From Pseudomonadota bacterium (GTDB lineage Bacteria; Bdellovibrionota_B; Oligoflexia; Oligoflexales; CAIYRB01), in contig JANOTL010000153.1 of NCBI GenBank assembly GCA_031416315.1, forward strand, positions 32,001-96,000: 64,000 bases of DNA, read 5' to 3'. Of the stretch, positions 12,088 through 20,845 are shown piece after piece. The notes under the pieces are model-generated. The model was not told the DNA's origin. It made no database searches and saw only the letters and a list, made by a program, of their open reading frames with translations. The stretch's first letter is position 1. Each line of letters starts with the position of its first letter. The position numbers were made by a program, and so were the translations under genes.

Positions 12088-12839
12088 TCCGACTCGGAAT
12101 CAACGTCGACCATGTGGCGACCGTCCGGCAAGCCCGCGGCGAGACCTACCCCGATCCCGTACAGGCGGCCGTTTTTGCCGAGCTCGGCGGCGCCGACAAC
12201 ATCACCTGCCACCTCCGCGAGGACCGCCGCCACGTCAACGACCGCGACGTCCGCCTCCTGCGCGAGACCATCAAAGTTCCCCTGAACTTCGAGATGGCGA
12301 TCACGGAAGAGATGCTCGCCTTCGCCGTCGAGCTCAAACCGCACGCCGTCACGCTCGTTCCGGAAAAGCGCGAGGAGAGAACCACCGAGGGCGGCCTCGA
12401 CCTGACGCGGGCCCAGGACGAGAAGCGCCGCGCCATCTCCCGCCTGAAAGACCGCGGCATCGTCGTCTCGCTCTTCGTCGAGCCCGACGCCAAGGCCGTC
12501 GAGCTCGCCGCCACTCTCGGCGCCGATGCCGTCGAGTTTCATACCGGCACTTTCTGCAAGAAGGTCGACGCCGCCGCCAAAACTCAGGACAAGCTCGCGT
12601 TGACCCGGGAGCTTGCCAAGGCGGCGAAGCTCGCCGCCCAGGCGAAGCTCCAGGTCCATTTCGGCCACGGCCTCCATTACGCCAACGCCTCTTGGCTGCA
12701 GTTGATCCCCGAGGCCGAGGAAGCCAACATCGGCCACGCCGTCGTCGGCCGCGCCCTCTTCGTCGGCCTCGAGAAGGCCGTGCGCGAGATGAAAGGCCTC
12801 TTGACCGACCCGGCGCAAAAGCCTTGGCAGAGCTTGTGA
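12084..12839 (+). CDS. pdxJ: Pyridoxine 5'-phosphate synthase
   Basis: RLGINVDHVATVRQAR, HLREDRRH, TTEGGL, GHGL, NIGH. Confidence 0.96.
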   Translation: MIRLGINVDHVATVRQARGETYPDPVQAAVFAELGGADNITCHLREDRRHVNDRDVRLLRETIKVPLNFEMAITEEMLAFAVELKPHAVTLVPEKREERTTEGGLDLTRAQDEKRRAISRLKDRGIVVSLFVEPDAKAVELAATLGADAVEFHTGTFCKKVDAAAKTQDKLALTRELAKAAKLAAQAKLQVHFGHGLHYANASWLQLIPEAEEANIGHAVVGRALFVGLEKAVREMKGLLTDPAQKPWQSL

Positions 12840-13285
12840 GCGGGGAGGGGTGGTCGGAGGCTTTCGACGCCGAGGGCCTGCCTCGGCTCGCGGCGCGGAT
12901 CGCCGCTTCGCTGAGCGCCGCGTCGCCGCCCTTCTGCCTTTGGCTGATCGGGGACCTCGGCGCGGGCAAGACGACGCTCACGGGTCACATTTTCCGCGCG
13001 CTCGGCCTCGACGCGCGCATGCCCGTCACCTCGCCGACGTACACCTACGTGAACGAGTACAAGGTCGGCGATCATTGGTACGCTCACCTCGACCTCTACC
13101 GGGCGGGAGCTGCCTTCTCGCTCGAAGACCTCGGCCTGGTCGACGCCCGCCGCTACGCCGGTTTTTTCGTCGAGTGGCCAGGCGCCGTACCGCCCAGTCC
13201 GGCGATCACGCCGACCCATGAGCTGCATCTGATGTTCGGCGAGCAGGTGGATGACACGCGGCGGGCCGTTTTCTCGAAAAAATAG
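12836..13285 (+). CDS. tsaE: tRNA threonylcarbamoyladenosine biosynthesis ATPase TsaE
   Basis: GDLGAGKTT, VTSPTY, HLDLYR, VEW; exact start uncertain. Confidence 0.92.
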   Translation: MSGEGWSEAFDAEGLPRLAARIAASLSAASPPFCLWLIGDLGAGKTTLTGHIFRALGLDARMPVTSPTYTYVNEYKVGDHWYAHLDLYRAGAAFSLEDLGLVDARRYAGFFVEWPGAVPPSPAITPTHELHLMFGEQVDDTRRAVFSKK

Positions 13286-13291
13286 GCAAAG

Positions 13292-13316
13292 AAAAACCCC
13301 GGAGGTGGGCCCGGGG
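13292..13316 (-). terminator. Intrinsic terminator of the LysM gene
   Basis: CCCCGG/CCGGGG stem followed by TTTTT on the minus strand. Confidence 0.7.
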
Positions 13317-13334
13317 ATTGTAGCGAATTCTAAG

Positions 13335-13385
13335 GGACACTAGGGAGATGGACACGAGGCACTAGGATTGGGACACAGGGCACTT
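13335..13385. repeat. Short GGACAC / CACTAGG repeats in the LysM 3' UTR
   Basis: cactagggagatggacac (13338-13355) and gcactaggattgggacac (13359-13376); GGACAC occurs three times. Confidence 0.75.
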
Positions 13386-14490
13386 AGTGCGCGGTCTTCT
13401 TCTTGGCGCCGACTGGCGCCTTCTTGGACTTGCTGCTCGTCTTCTTGCCCTTGAAGGCCGGGGCCTTCTTCTTCTTGGCCGGAGCCGGCTCGCCGTCATC
13501 GGCGACTTGTGCTTCTTCGACCGGGGCGGCTTCGACGGCCGCGGTGGCCTTAGGCGCGTTCGGGTTGAGAACGGAGAGGACCATACCGACTTCGATACGG
13601 TTCGGATCGGTGAGCTTGTCTTTGTTGCGGGTGTAGATGGCGCGCCAGGCGCCGGCGTTGCCGTAAATTTGCTGCGCGATACCCGAGAGGGTGTCGCCGT
13701 GCTTGACGGTGACCGACTGCTCGGCGCCGACAGAATTGGCGGCGAAGCTCTTCGAGGCGTCGTTCAACGCGTCGAACTGGAGCTCGTCGCCCGGGTAGAT
13801 CACGTAAGGAGCTTGAACGTTGTTCAGATTCGCGACCTTGTTCCAGAAACCACTCGAACCGTAGATCTTCTGTGCGATGTTCGCGAGGGTGTCACCCGCG
13901 ATCACGATGTAAGAGCCGCCAGTACCTTTTTGGGTCGCACCCATGGGGGTGTTGTTGGCCCAGTTCGCGTTGCCGGCTTTTTTCGAGTGGGTCGTCGTCG
14001 CGTCCGGCGCGATCGCGGTCACTTGGGGCGGCTCGACCGAGGTGGTGTCTTCGGCGACGACCTGGGTCATATCGCCGACGGGAGCATCCGTCAGGGTCTG
14101 GTCCGCTTCGCCTTCGTCGCTTTGCTCGGCGGGAAGCGCGGGAGCCTCGCCGTCCGTGCTGGCCTGATCGTCGCCGCTGGCGGCCTCGCCTTCTTCTGGC
14201 GGAGGCGCAGCCTCGTTCTCGCCGTCACCCGTGGCCGGCGCCTCGTCGGACGGAGGGGCCATGTCGCCTTCGATCGCTTTCGCGTCGTCAGAGACCTCGC
14301 CCGCTTCCCCGTCGACCGGTGCCGCCGCTTCGCCCGCTTCGCCCGCATCGCCTTCGGCTTTTACGGGTTCTTCTTGGCTCTGGTCGTCGGAGCATCCTCC
14401 GAGACCGAGGCCGAGGAAGAGCGAGAAGGTCCAAGCCTTCCAGCGTCCTCCCAATGCCTTACTCAAAAATGGACAGTAAGCCCTCGTCAT
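13384..14490 (-). CDS. Lipoprotein with acidic low-complexity region, two LysM domains and a Lys-rich tail
   Basis: LGGC lipobox; YIVIAGDTLANIAQKIYG and VTVKHGDTLSGIAQQIYG; AGGAGG RBS before 14490. Confidence 0.88.
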   Translation of the reverse strand: MTRAYCPFLSKALGGRWKAWTFSLFLGLGLGGCSDDQSQEEPVKAEGDAGEAGEAAAPVDGEAGEVSDDAKAIEGDMAPPSDEAPATGDGENEAAPPPEEGEAASGDDQASTDGEAPALPAEQSDEGEADQTLTDAPVGDMTQVVAEDTTSVEPPQVTAIAPDATTTHSKKAGNANWANNTPMGATQKGTGGSYIVIAGDTLANIAQKIYGSSGFWNKVANLNNVQAPYVIYPGDELQFDALNDASKSFAANSVGAEQSVTVKHGDTLSGIAQQIYGNAGAWRAIYTRNKDKLTDPNRIEVGMVLSVLNPNAPKATAAVEAAPVEEAQVADDGEPAPAKKKKAPAFKGKKTSSKSKKAPVGAKKKTAH

Positions 14491-14546
14491 CAACGTGTCC
14501 CTCCTAGTGCGCGAAATCATTCTCGCGAAAATACCGACTGCTCGTT

Positions 14547-14573
14547 CTTTCGGCCGCCGCGCGACGAACCTTA
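14547..14573 (-). promoter_or_regulatory. sigma28-type promoter of the LysM gene
   Basis: TAAG-N15-GCCGAAAG. Confidence 0.55.
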
Positions 14574-14714
14574 AGCCCGCGTAACTCGGTAGATTCTTCC
14601 TAGGCGCTAGACCTAGGCGCGAGAGGCCTTCCCTTGGGATCCTTGCGGATGCGCCAAAGTCGCCCTTGCTCTGGCCTGTCCCCTTGGATATACAGGCCGA
14701 GCCTTTTTCTGCAC

Positions 14715-14791
14715 GCACCTGTGGCTCAGCTGGATAGAGCACCAGACTACGAATCTGGGGGTCGGAGGTTCGAATCCTTCCAGGTGCGCCA
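14715..14791 (+). tRNA. tRNA-Arg(ACG)
   Basis: Cloverleaf GCACCTG...CAGGTGC-G-CCA; anticodon loop CT ACG AA; GGTTCGAATCC. Confidence 0.97.
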
Positions 14792-14825
14792 TTCCTTTCC
14801 CACAGGGAAAGGAATCCTCCATCAA

Positions 14826-14870
14826 CTCATGCTATCGACTTCTTCAAACCTCGCCCTTCGGCGAGGTTTT
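14826..14870 (+). repeat. Direct repeat copy 1, containing a terminator-like hairpin
   Basis: CTCATGCTATCGAC...AAACCTCGCCCTTCGGCGAGGTTTT; second copy at 16041-16087. Confidence 0.75.
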
Positions 14871-14986
14871 TAATTTGCCGACTCCGGCACTGTTTGACGC
14901 CTCGCTGGCGAGATACCCAGGATCTCGGCCGCCGCGGACCTGTCGCCGTTGGCTTTGATCCGCTGTGCGCTATGCCCCAAAGCAAC

Positions 14987-15946
14987 TTAAAGCTGAACCA
15001 CGACGTTCCCGCTCTTGTGCCCCGTTTCGGCGTGGTGGTGCGCGCGAACTATTTCGGCAAAGGGGTAAGTGCGATCGATCACCGGGCGAAAGGCACCTGT
15101 ATCGGCAAGGCCGGCGAGAAATTCCAAGTCATCGCGGCGCTCGGGTACCATGCCGGACAGTGCTCTTCCTCCCGTACTTAAGCCCCGCAGCATTTCTACA
15201 AGAGTGGCGGAAACCATTAAAAATTTTCCGCTGGGGGAGAGAAAGGGGCGGGCCTGCGCCCAGGTGATGGACTCTACGGTGTTAAAAATCAGATCGTAAC
15301 GGGTCGCTCCGACTAACCCCGGGCCGGTTGCCGAGTCAATGACGTGGCTGGCGCCCAACGACCGCACAAGACCGTGCGTGGCGCCACGGCATACGGCGGT
15401 AACTTCGGCGCCGAAGTGTTTGGCTAGTTGGACCGCCGCCGTGCCTACCGCTCCCGAGGCACCAATGACTAGCACCCGGTGCCCGCGCTGAATTTGACCC
15501 TTATCGCGAAGATAGTACAAGGCGGTGGTGCCGCCAAACGAGAGCGCGGCTGCCTCGGGGTAGCTAAGGCATTCGGGCTTGATAATGACCGCCGCGTTTT
15601 CGGGCAGGACGCGGTACTCCGCATGGCATCGCATTGCGGCTCCAGTAAAAGCGATTACGGAGTCTCCGATGCGGAAGCGCTTTACGTTTGCCCCGATCGC
15701 GATCACTTCACCCGAAAGCTGGGTCCCTAAAATACGCGCCCGCGGACCGGCAAACCCTAACGCAAGGCGAGCAATCGTTCTCAGGCCAGGCGGAATAATA
15801 AAGGCCCGCACGCGCCAGTCGGCCGCCGCCACGGTCGTGGCCACGATGCGCACTAGCAGTTCGCCCTTGCTTGCAACGGGCATAGGCACCTCAACAAGCT
15901 GTACCACCTCGGGCGGCCCATACCTTTCGCAAACAGCAGCTTTCAT
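14987..15946 (-). CDS. NAD(P)-dependent alcohol dehydrogenase / quinone oxidoreductase-like (MDR family)
   Basis: MKAAVCERYGPPEV, GASGAVGTAAVQLAK, PVIDRTYP, GHKSGNVV. Confidence 0.9.
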   Translation of the reverse strand: MKAAVCERYGPPEVVQLVEVPMPVASKGELLVRIVATTVAAADWRVRAFIIPPGLRTIARLALGFAGPRARILGTQLSGEVIAIGANVKRFRIGDSVIAFTGAAMRCHAEYRVLPENAAVIIKPECLSYPEAAALSFGGTTALYYLRDKGQIQRGHRVLVIGASGAVGTAAVQLAKHFGAEVTAVCRGATHGLVRSLGASHVIDSATGPGLVGATRYDLIFNTVESITWAQARPFLSPSGKFLMVSATLVEMLRGLSTGGRALSGMVPERRDDLEFLAGLADTGAFRPVIDRTYPFAEIVRAHHHAETGHKSGNVVVQL

Positions 15947-16040
15947 CGTCACATTGTAACCTCCCAAAAGGGGCCCATCCGCGGCGTCCCGCGGAGACGA
16001 ATATAAGTCATGGAAGAGTTGCATGACGTGACAAACGAAC

Positions 16041-16087
16041 CTCATGCTTTCGACCCGCCAAAACCTCGCCCTCCTCGGCGAGGTTTT
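16041..16087 (+). repeat. Direct repeat copy 2
   Basis: CTCATGCTTTCGAC...AAACCTCGCCCTCCTCGGCGAGGTTTT. Confidence 0.75.
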
Positions 16088-16274
16088 GCATTTCCATCCT
16101 CGCAGATGGGCCAAAAACCGGCCCCGGTCCGGAAATTAGGCCACGCTTGACCCCGCCCGCCCGGAAATCACGGCGCAATCCAAGTCAACAAGCCGGTCCC
16201 TTGTTTGCAATTGCCCGCCCAGCAAGCCTCCTCGGGTTTGCTGCCCCCACCCCTTCCCTGCGAGGCCCCTACCC

Positions 16275-16763
16275 ATGCGTCACATCACGACCCTCCTGCT
16301 GACCGTCGCCGTCCTCTCCTCCTGTCAGCAGCCCTCCAACGCCGCGACCGTCGCTAACGCCGATGCTGCCGTCGAACCGAGCTCGGTTGCGATGACTCAG
16401 CCCCTGAACGGCATCATGCTCCGCGGCCCTGCGCTCGCCATGAACGGCGTGGTCGCCTCTGGCCGTGGCCTCTCGTTCGCCTTCGACACCAACAACTGGA
16501 ACGCAGGTAACAACTACCTCGTTACCGTGAGCCAAGAGCTCACGGCGGCCTCGTCGCAGCGCGCGCGCCTTTCGCTCTCCTGCGGCACGAAAGTCCTCGG
16601 CGAAGCCGCGGTGCCGGCACGGCAGTCGCGGACCTCGCTCCAAGTCCTCGTCGCGGCAGGCAGCTGTGGCGACGCGAAGATCAGTTACGGCTTGGACGGC
16701 GTTGCCCCGGATGCGATCGGCGAGCTCGTCCTCACGATCCTCGAGGTCAGCGCGCCGCTCTAA
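16275..16763 (+). CDS. Hypothetical lipoprotein
   Basis: Signal peptide with LSSC lipobox; host-like codon usage. Confidence 0.7.
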   Translation: MRHITTLLLTVAVLSSCQQPSNAATVANADAAVEPSSVAMTQPLNGIMLRGPALAMNGVVASGRGLSFAFDTNNWNAGNNYLVTVSQELTAASSQRARLSLSCGTKVLGEAAVPARQSRTSLQVLVAAGSCGDAKISYGLDGVAPDAIGELVLTILEVSAPL

Positions 16764-16769
16764 ATGCGG

Positions 16770-17471
16770 CTAGTCTCTCTGCGTCAAGAGCCGCAACACA
16801 TACCAGAACATCATCGCTACGGAGGCGAACAGCGACAGCGCGGCGCCAACGTAGCGACTCTCGTCGTAGTGATGAATCACGTTCGACGTGTCATAGAGGA
16901 TCGACGCACCGGCTAGGGCAACCATGGCGACCGAGAAATAGAAGCCTAGGTCGTAGCCAAAGATGAACGAGCCGACGATCGCCGCGAGGGCGATGCAGCC
17001 GCCCCAAATCATCACGCCCCGGAGGAACGAGAAGTCTTTCCGAAGGCCCCAGGCGATGCACGTCAAAACGCCAAAGCCGATGAGCGTGACGTACGCCGCC
17101 TTCTCGATGACGCCGCCTCCGGCCGCAGACTGCGCCATGTAGAGCATCGGCACGAAGATGATGGCGTCGAGGACGACATATGCGGCCAGAGCCAGATACT
17201 GAACGGCCTGAGATTCTGCCGTATGCGCGAATCGCGTCGCGAGCCAGCCGATCAGGACGAAGCCGCCCATCACGAGACCCCAGTGCGTGCTCAAGAGAGC
17301 TTGCGCGACGGTCTCCGCGAGGCCGCTCTGGAAGAGATACATCTCGATTCCGGTGAACGCGATGATCGCGCCGAGGAGATGCAAATAAGTCCGCGTCACG
17401 AAGGTCGCACGCGCATTGCCCGCGGTGATCGGCATGGCGCCGCGGCGGGTCGACTGGTCGTATGAGCTCAT
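16770..17471 (-). CDS. Bax inhibitor-1/YccA family membrane protein
   Basis: About seven hydrophobic segments; RKDFSFL, ILYDTSNV, AALSLF. Confidence 0.9.
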   Translation of the reverse strand: MSSYDQSTRRGAMPITAGNARATFVTRTYLHLLGAIIAFTGIEMYLFQSGLAETVAQALLSTHWGLVMGGFVLIGWLATRFAHTAESQAVQYLALAAYVVLDAIIFVPMLYMAQSAAGGGVIEKAAYVTLIGFGVLTCIAWGLRKDFSFLRGVMIWGGCIALAAIVGSFIFGYDLGFYFSVAMVALAGASILYDTSNVIHHYDESRYVGAALSLFASVAMMFWYVLRLLTQRD

Positions 17472-17544
17472 GCGGGGCACTCCAATTTGCAACCTGCGAT
17501 AATCATAGCAGTTCACCAGGACGTTCTGGGCACAATAGCGCCTC

Positions 17545-17697
17545 TAGCTAGTCTCTGGCGCGAAACGCGCCAGAGACTATCCTGAGGAGCAAAGCGACGA
17601 AGGATCTCGGCGATAACCAACTGATTCGATTGACGCGGTGAGATCCTTCGCTGCGCTCAGGATATTCTCTGGCGCGTTTCGCGCCAGAGACTAGCTA
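17545..17697. repeat. Nested palindromic element (REP/REPIN- or MITE-like)
   Basis: 32-bp perfect terminal inverted repeats, each itself a hairpin; inner ATCCTGAG/CTCAGGAT and CGAAGGATCTC/GAGATCCTTCG arms. Confidence 0.85.
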
Positions 17698-17777
17698 AAA
17701 GCAACTAGTCTTCGACACCGCCGAATCGCTCGATGCCCGACGACTGAATTCCCCGGGAATACGTGGGAAAAGTAGGT

Positions 17778-17804
17778 TCAGACAATGAGGCTTTCTGCCG
17801 AAAA
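17778..17804 (+). promoter_or_regulatory. sigma28-type promoter
   Basis: TCAG-N15-GCCGAAAA, 7 nt upstream of ATG 17812. Confidence 0.6.
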
Positions 17805-17811
17805 GTGAGCC

Positions 17812-19491
17812 ATGAGCTTGCCCACATTTTCGATCGCCGCTTTTGTCGCCTTCGGTGCCTTCGGCTGCAACTCCAGCTCGTCGAGCTCGAGCGGGTCGGC
17901 GCCTCCGTCCGCGCCGGCTCCCGAAGAAGAGATCGTCGTCGCGACGCCGTCGGCTCAGGTGGCAGGCTCCTACCTGACCGTCGCCTGCTCTGCGGACACG
18001 AGCGCCAGCGTATTGAAAGACGAGGCGGCTGCGGCCGACGTTACGGCCTGCCTTCTCAAGACCGCCGACGGTGCGCCGGCCGTCCTCGCCTCGGTCTCGA
18101 TCGAAGTGGTGAAAAAAGACGGGACGCGCTTCACTCCGGCCGTCGTGGCGAAGGAGATCGAAAGCCCATGGCATGCTGCCGTGCGGCTCGACCCGGCCGA
18201 TCGCGCTGAGACCGACCGATTCGAGATCGTGTATGCCGAGCCTGGAAAACCAGTCGCGGCGACGGCGACCTCGAACTTCACTTTCGACTGGAAAAACGAT
18301 CCGGCCTTCGCGATCGTCCTCGTCGCCATCGACGAGCAGCTCGCCCTGGCCCGGCCACCCCGCGCCCTGCCCTTTGACGCCGAGGGGCTCATCGCGACCG
18401 CCACCGCCTTCGGCACGCCCTTTCATTTCGCCTTCGTGACCGAAGAGCTCTACACCGGCAACTTTGGGGGAATCGAGGGCGCCGACGCGATCTGCACGGC
18501 AGCCGGTGCTCGCTTTGCGACCAACCGCACCTGGTTCGCGGCCCTCAGCACGGCAAGTGTCAACGCACGCGACCGTCAACCCATTGACCACCCGGTGACG
18601 AACTTCGTGGGCGGGCTGCCATATTTCGAAGGCTCATTCTTCGAGCAGCCGCTCGAGGACAACCTCACATTCACGCAGCTTGGCTATGACGTGCGTTGGT
18701 CCATTGCCGGCGTCACCCCGCCCCGGATCAACGGCCTCGTCTGGACGGGGAGCGACGACAAGGGTCGCTTCAACGGCTCGAGCTGCTCCGACTGGAGCTC
18801 CGACGATGCCACGACCTCGGGTACGGTTGGTCTGATGGACTCTATCGAAAAAAAGCAGAGCTGGGTCTCGCGTAAAGCGCAAAACTGCAGCAGTCGCGCG
18901 CGACTTCTGTGCGTCAGCAGCGTTGCCGCCACGCCGATCGCAGTCCCAAAAATGCCGGACGGAACCGACCCCGCGCCTTCCCGAAAGCTTCGGAGCTGCG
19001 CCAAGACAGACCCGCGCGACACAGTGCCGCCTCCGACCGACGAGGCGATCGTCCCAGGGATCCGCGCCGTCGGCACTATCGACGGCGAGAACGCCCGCAT
19101 CTTCTGCCCGGAGCTCCCCGGATCCTCGCATTTGCGCACCGCGACCTTCGGCGCGCATTCCGGCTACTCGATCACTTGTTCCGCCGTCGATCCTCCGAGA
19201 CAACTCGATCTCTCTTTCTTCGGATTCGAGGTCGGCAAACTGTTCTACGTCCAGGCGCCCTGGGAAGGTAGCGCCTCGAACGTCAGCGCTCACCTACGTC
19301 TTGGCGAGAAAGAGTTCCTACACGCACCAGGTCCCATCGCGCGCGACCGGCTCGACCGCTTGAGCGGCATCATCTACGGGATCACAGACGGCCGCGTGCG
19401 CGGTTGCGTCGAAGGTTTTTTTCGCAAGTCCGATACGACCTCGGCGGGCTTCTTTCGCGCGGTATTCGACCTCGGGGCTCCGAACCCGTAA
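17812..19491 (+). CDS. Lipoprotein with a DUF1554/endostatin-like domain
   Basis: FGC lipobox plus Ser run; FVTEELYTGNFGGIEGADAIC, VWTGS, CSDWSS, C....RLLCV. Confidence 0.75.
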   Translation: MSLPTFSIAAFVAFGAFGCNSSSSSSSGSAPPSAPAPEEEIVVATPSAQVAGSYLTVACSADTSASVLKDEAAAADVTACLLKTADGAPAVLASVSIEVVKKDGTRFTPAVVAKEIESPWHAAVRLDPADRAETDRFEIVYAEPGKPVAATATSNFTFDWKNDPAFAIVLVAIDEQLALARPPRALPFDAEGLIATATAFGTPFHFAFVTEELYTGNFGGIEGADAICTAAGARFATNRTWFAALSTASVNARDRQPIDHPVTNFVGGLPYFEGSFFEQPLEDNLTFTQLGYDVRWSIAGVTPPRINGLVWTGSDDKGRFNGSSCSDWSSDDATTSGTVGLMDSIEKKQSWVSRKAQNCSSRARLLCVSSVAATPIAVPKMPDGTDPAPSRKLRSCAKTDPRDTVPPPTDEAIVPGIRAVGTIDGENARIFCPELPGSSHLRTATFGAHSGYSITCSAVDPPRQLDLSFFGFEVGKLFYVQAPWEGSASNVSAHLRLGEKEFLHAPGPIARDRLDRLSGIIYGITDGRVRGCVEGFFRKSDTTSAGFFRAVFDLGAPNP

Positions 19492-19500
19492 GCTCAGCCG

Positions 19501-20346
19501 ATGTTCTACAAGACCATTACCCCACCTCCGGCCCTCGAGCCCTTCGTCGACTGCTTCTGGATCCTCGCGGCGGAAACAGCGGAAGGTAGCGCCGAAGCCG
19601 AGCCCGAGATCGTCCTCCCCGACGGCAAGACGGAGCTGATCGTTCACTTCGGCGACGACTTTCTGAAGCTCGAGGGCGAGGCTTACGTGCGCCAGGCGCG
19701 CGTCTTGATGTCGGGGCAGCTTACGGAACGCATCCTACTGCGTCCCACCGGGACAATCGGCGTGGTCGCCGCGCGTTTCAAAGCCGCTGGCGCCGCGCGC
19801 TTCTTCCACATTCCGTTCGAAGAGATCGTCGACCAAGTCATCGACTTCTCCCGCTACGAGAAGGCGACCTCGACCGCCATCTACGATGAAGTCGCGCGCG
19901 CCGCATCACATGAAGACAGATTGGCCGCAATGCAAACGCTGCTCGAGCGTCTTCTCAGCGTCGAATCGCAAGAAGACGTCTTTGTCCGTCAAGCGTGCCA
20001 GTACATCACGAAGTCCGAAGGCGAGTACTCGGTGCAGGAGCTGGTCAAGCTCATCGGCTTCAGCGAGCGCCAGCTCGAACGCAAATTCAAGAAGCAGGTC
20101 GGCATCACGCCGAAAATCCTGTCGCGCATCATGCGCTTTCAGAAGTTCCTCGCGATGACGAAGACCTCGAACACCCTCACGCTCTCGGACGCGGCGCTCG
20201 CCTGCGGCTACTACGACCAGTCGCACTTCATCCGCGACTTCACGCGCTTCTCGGGCGTCACCCCGATGCACTATTTGAACTCGTCCCACGCGATGTCGGA
20301 TGCCTTTGTCGGAAACGTACAATCGCCGAAAACGCCCTCGCGATAA
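19501..20346 (+). CDS. AraC-family transcriptional regulator (DUF6597-type N-terminus)
   Basis: PPPALEPFVDCFW, VLPDG, SERQLERKF...GITPK, GYYDQSHFIRDF. Confidence 0.93.
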   Translation: MFYKTITPPPALEPFVDCFWILAAETAEGSAEAEPEIVLPDGKTELIVHFGDDFLKLEGEAYVRQARVLMSGQLTERILLRPTGTIGVVAARFKAAGAARFFHIPFEEIVDQVIDFSRYEKATSTAIYDEVARAASHEDRLAAMQTLLERLLSVESQEDVFVRQACQYITKSEGEYSVQELVKLIGFSERQLERKFKKQVGITPKILSRIMRFQKFLAMTKTSNTLTLSDAALACGYYDQSHFIRDFTRFSGVTPMHYLNSSHAMSDAFVGNVQSPKTPSR

Positions 20347-20413
20347 CTTGGTTTCAGAGGCGGATGTAACCGCTTCGAAGGCTCTCAAACCCAAGTTATT
20401 CCAAGGAAATCAC

Positions 20414-20845
20414 ATGTATCAGATTGCCGTTCAAGACGTCTCCGCCCAGGCCGCCCTCGTCGTCAAAGGCAAAGTCCCTGTCGAGAACGCCGGCGAGGCC
20501 ATCGGCGGCGGCATCGGCGCCGTCGGCGCCTTTCTCGGCGCCCTCGCGCAGGAGCCCGTCGGCGCGCCCTTTACCCGTACCCTGAGCTTCGAGAACGGCG
20601 TCCTCGAGTTCGAGACCGGATTCCCCGTCGCCACCGCGACGAAAGGTCAAGGCGAGGTCATCGCGACCGAGCTCCCGAAGGGCCAGGTGGCGACGACGGT
20701 TCACGACGGCGACCAAGCCACGAGCGAAAACGCTTACAAAGCGATCCACGCGTGGATGGCGAGCAATGACAAAGCGCCCGCCGGCGCTCCTTGGGAGGTC
20801 TATCTGACTGAGACTTCTATGCAGATCTATTTTCCGATCCGATGA
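20414..20845 (+). CDS. GyrI-like small-molecule-binding protein
   Basis: GAPF, ETGFPV, LPKGQVATTVHDG, AY.AI..W, PWEVY, IYFPI; AAGGA RBS. Confidence 0.85.
   Translation: MYQIAVQDVSAQAALVVKGKVPVENAGEAIGGGIGAVGAFLGALAQEPVGAPFTRTLSFENGVLEFETGFPVATATKGQGEVIATELPKGQVATTVHDGDQATSENAYKAIHAWMASNDKAPAGAPWEVYLTETSMQIYFPIR

Noticed and set aside
16193..16209. Possible sigma54 promoter CGGTCCCTTGTTTGCA
   Set aside because: Spacing fits but the -24 element is a poor match to TGGCAC
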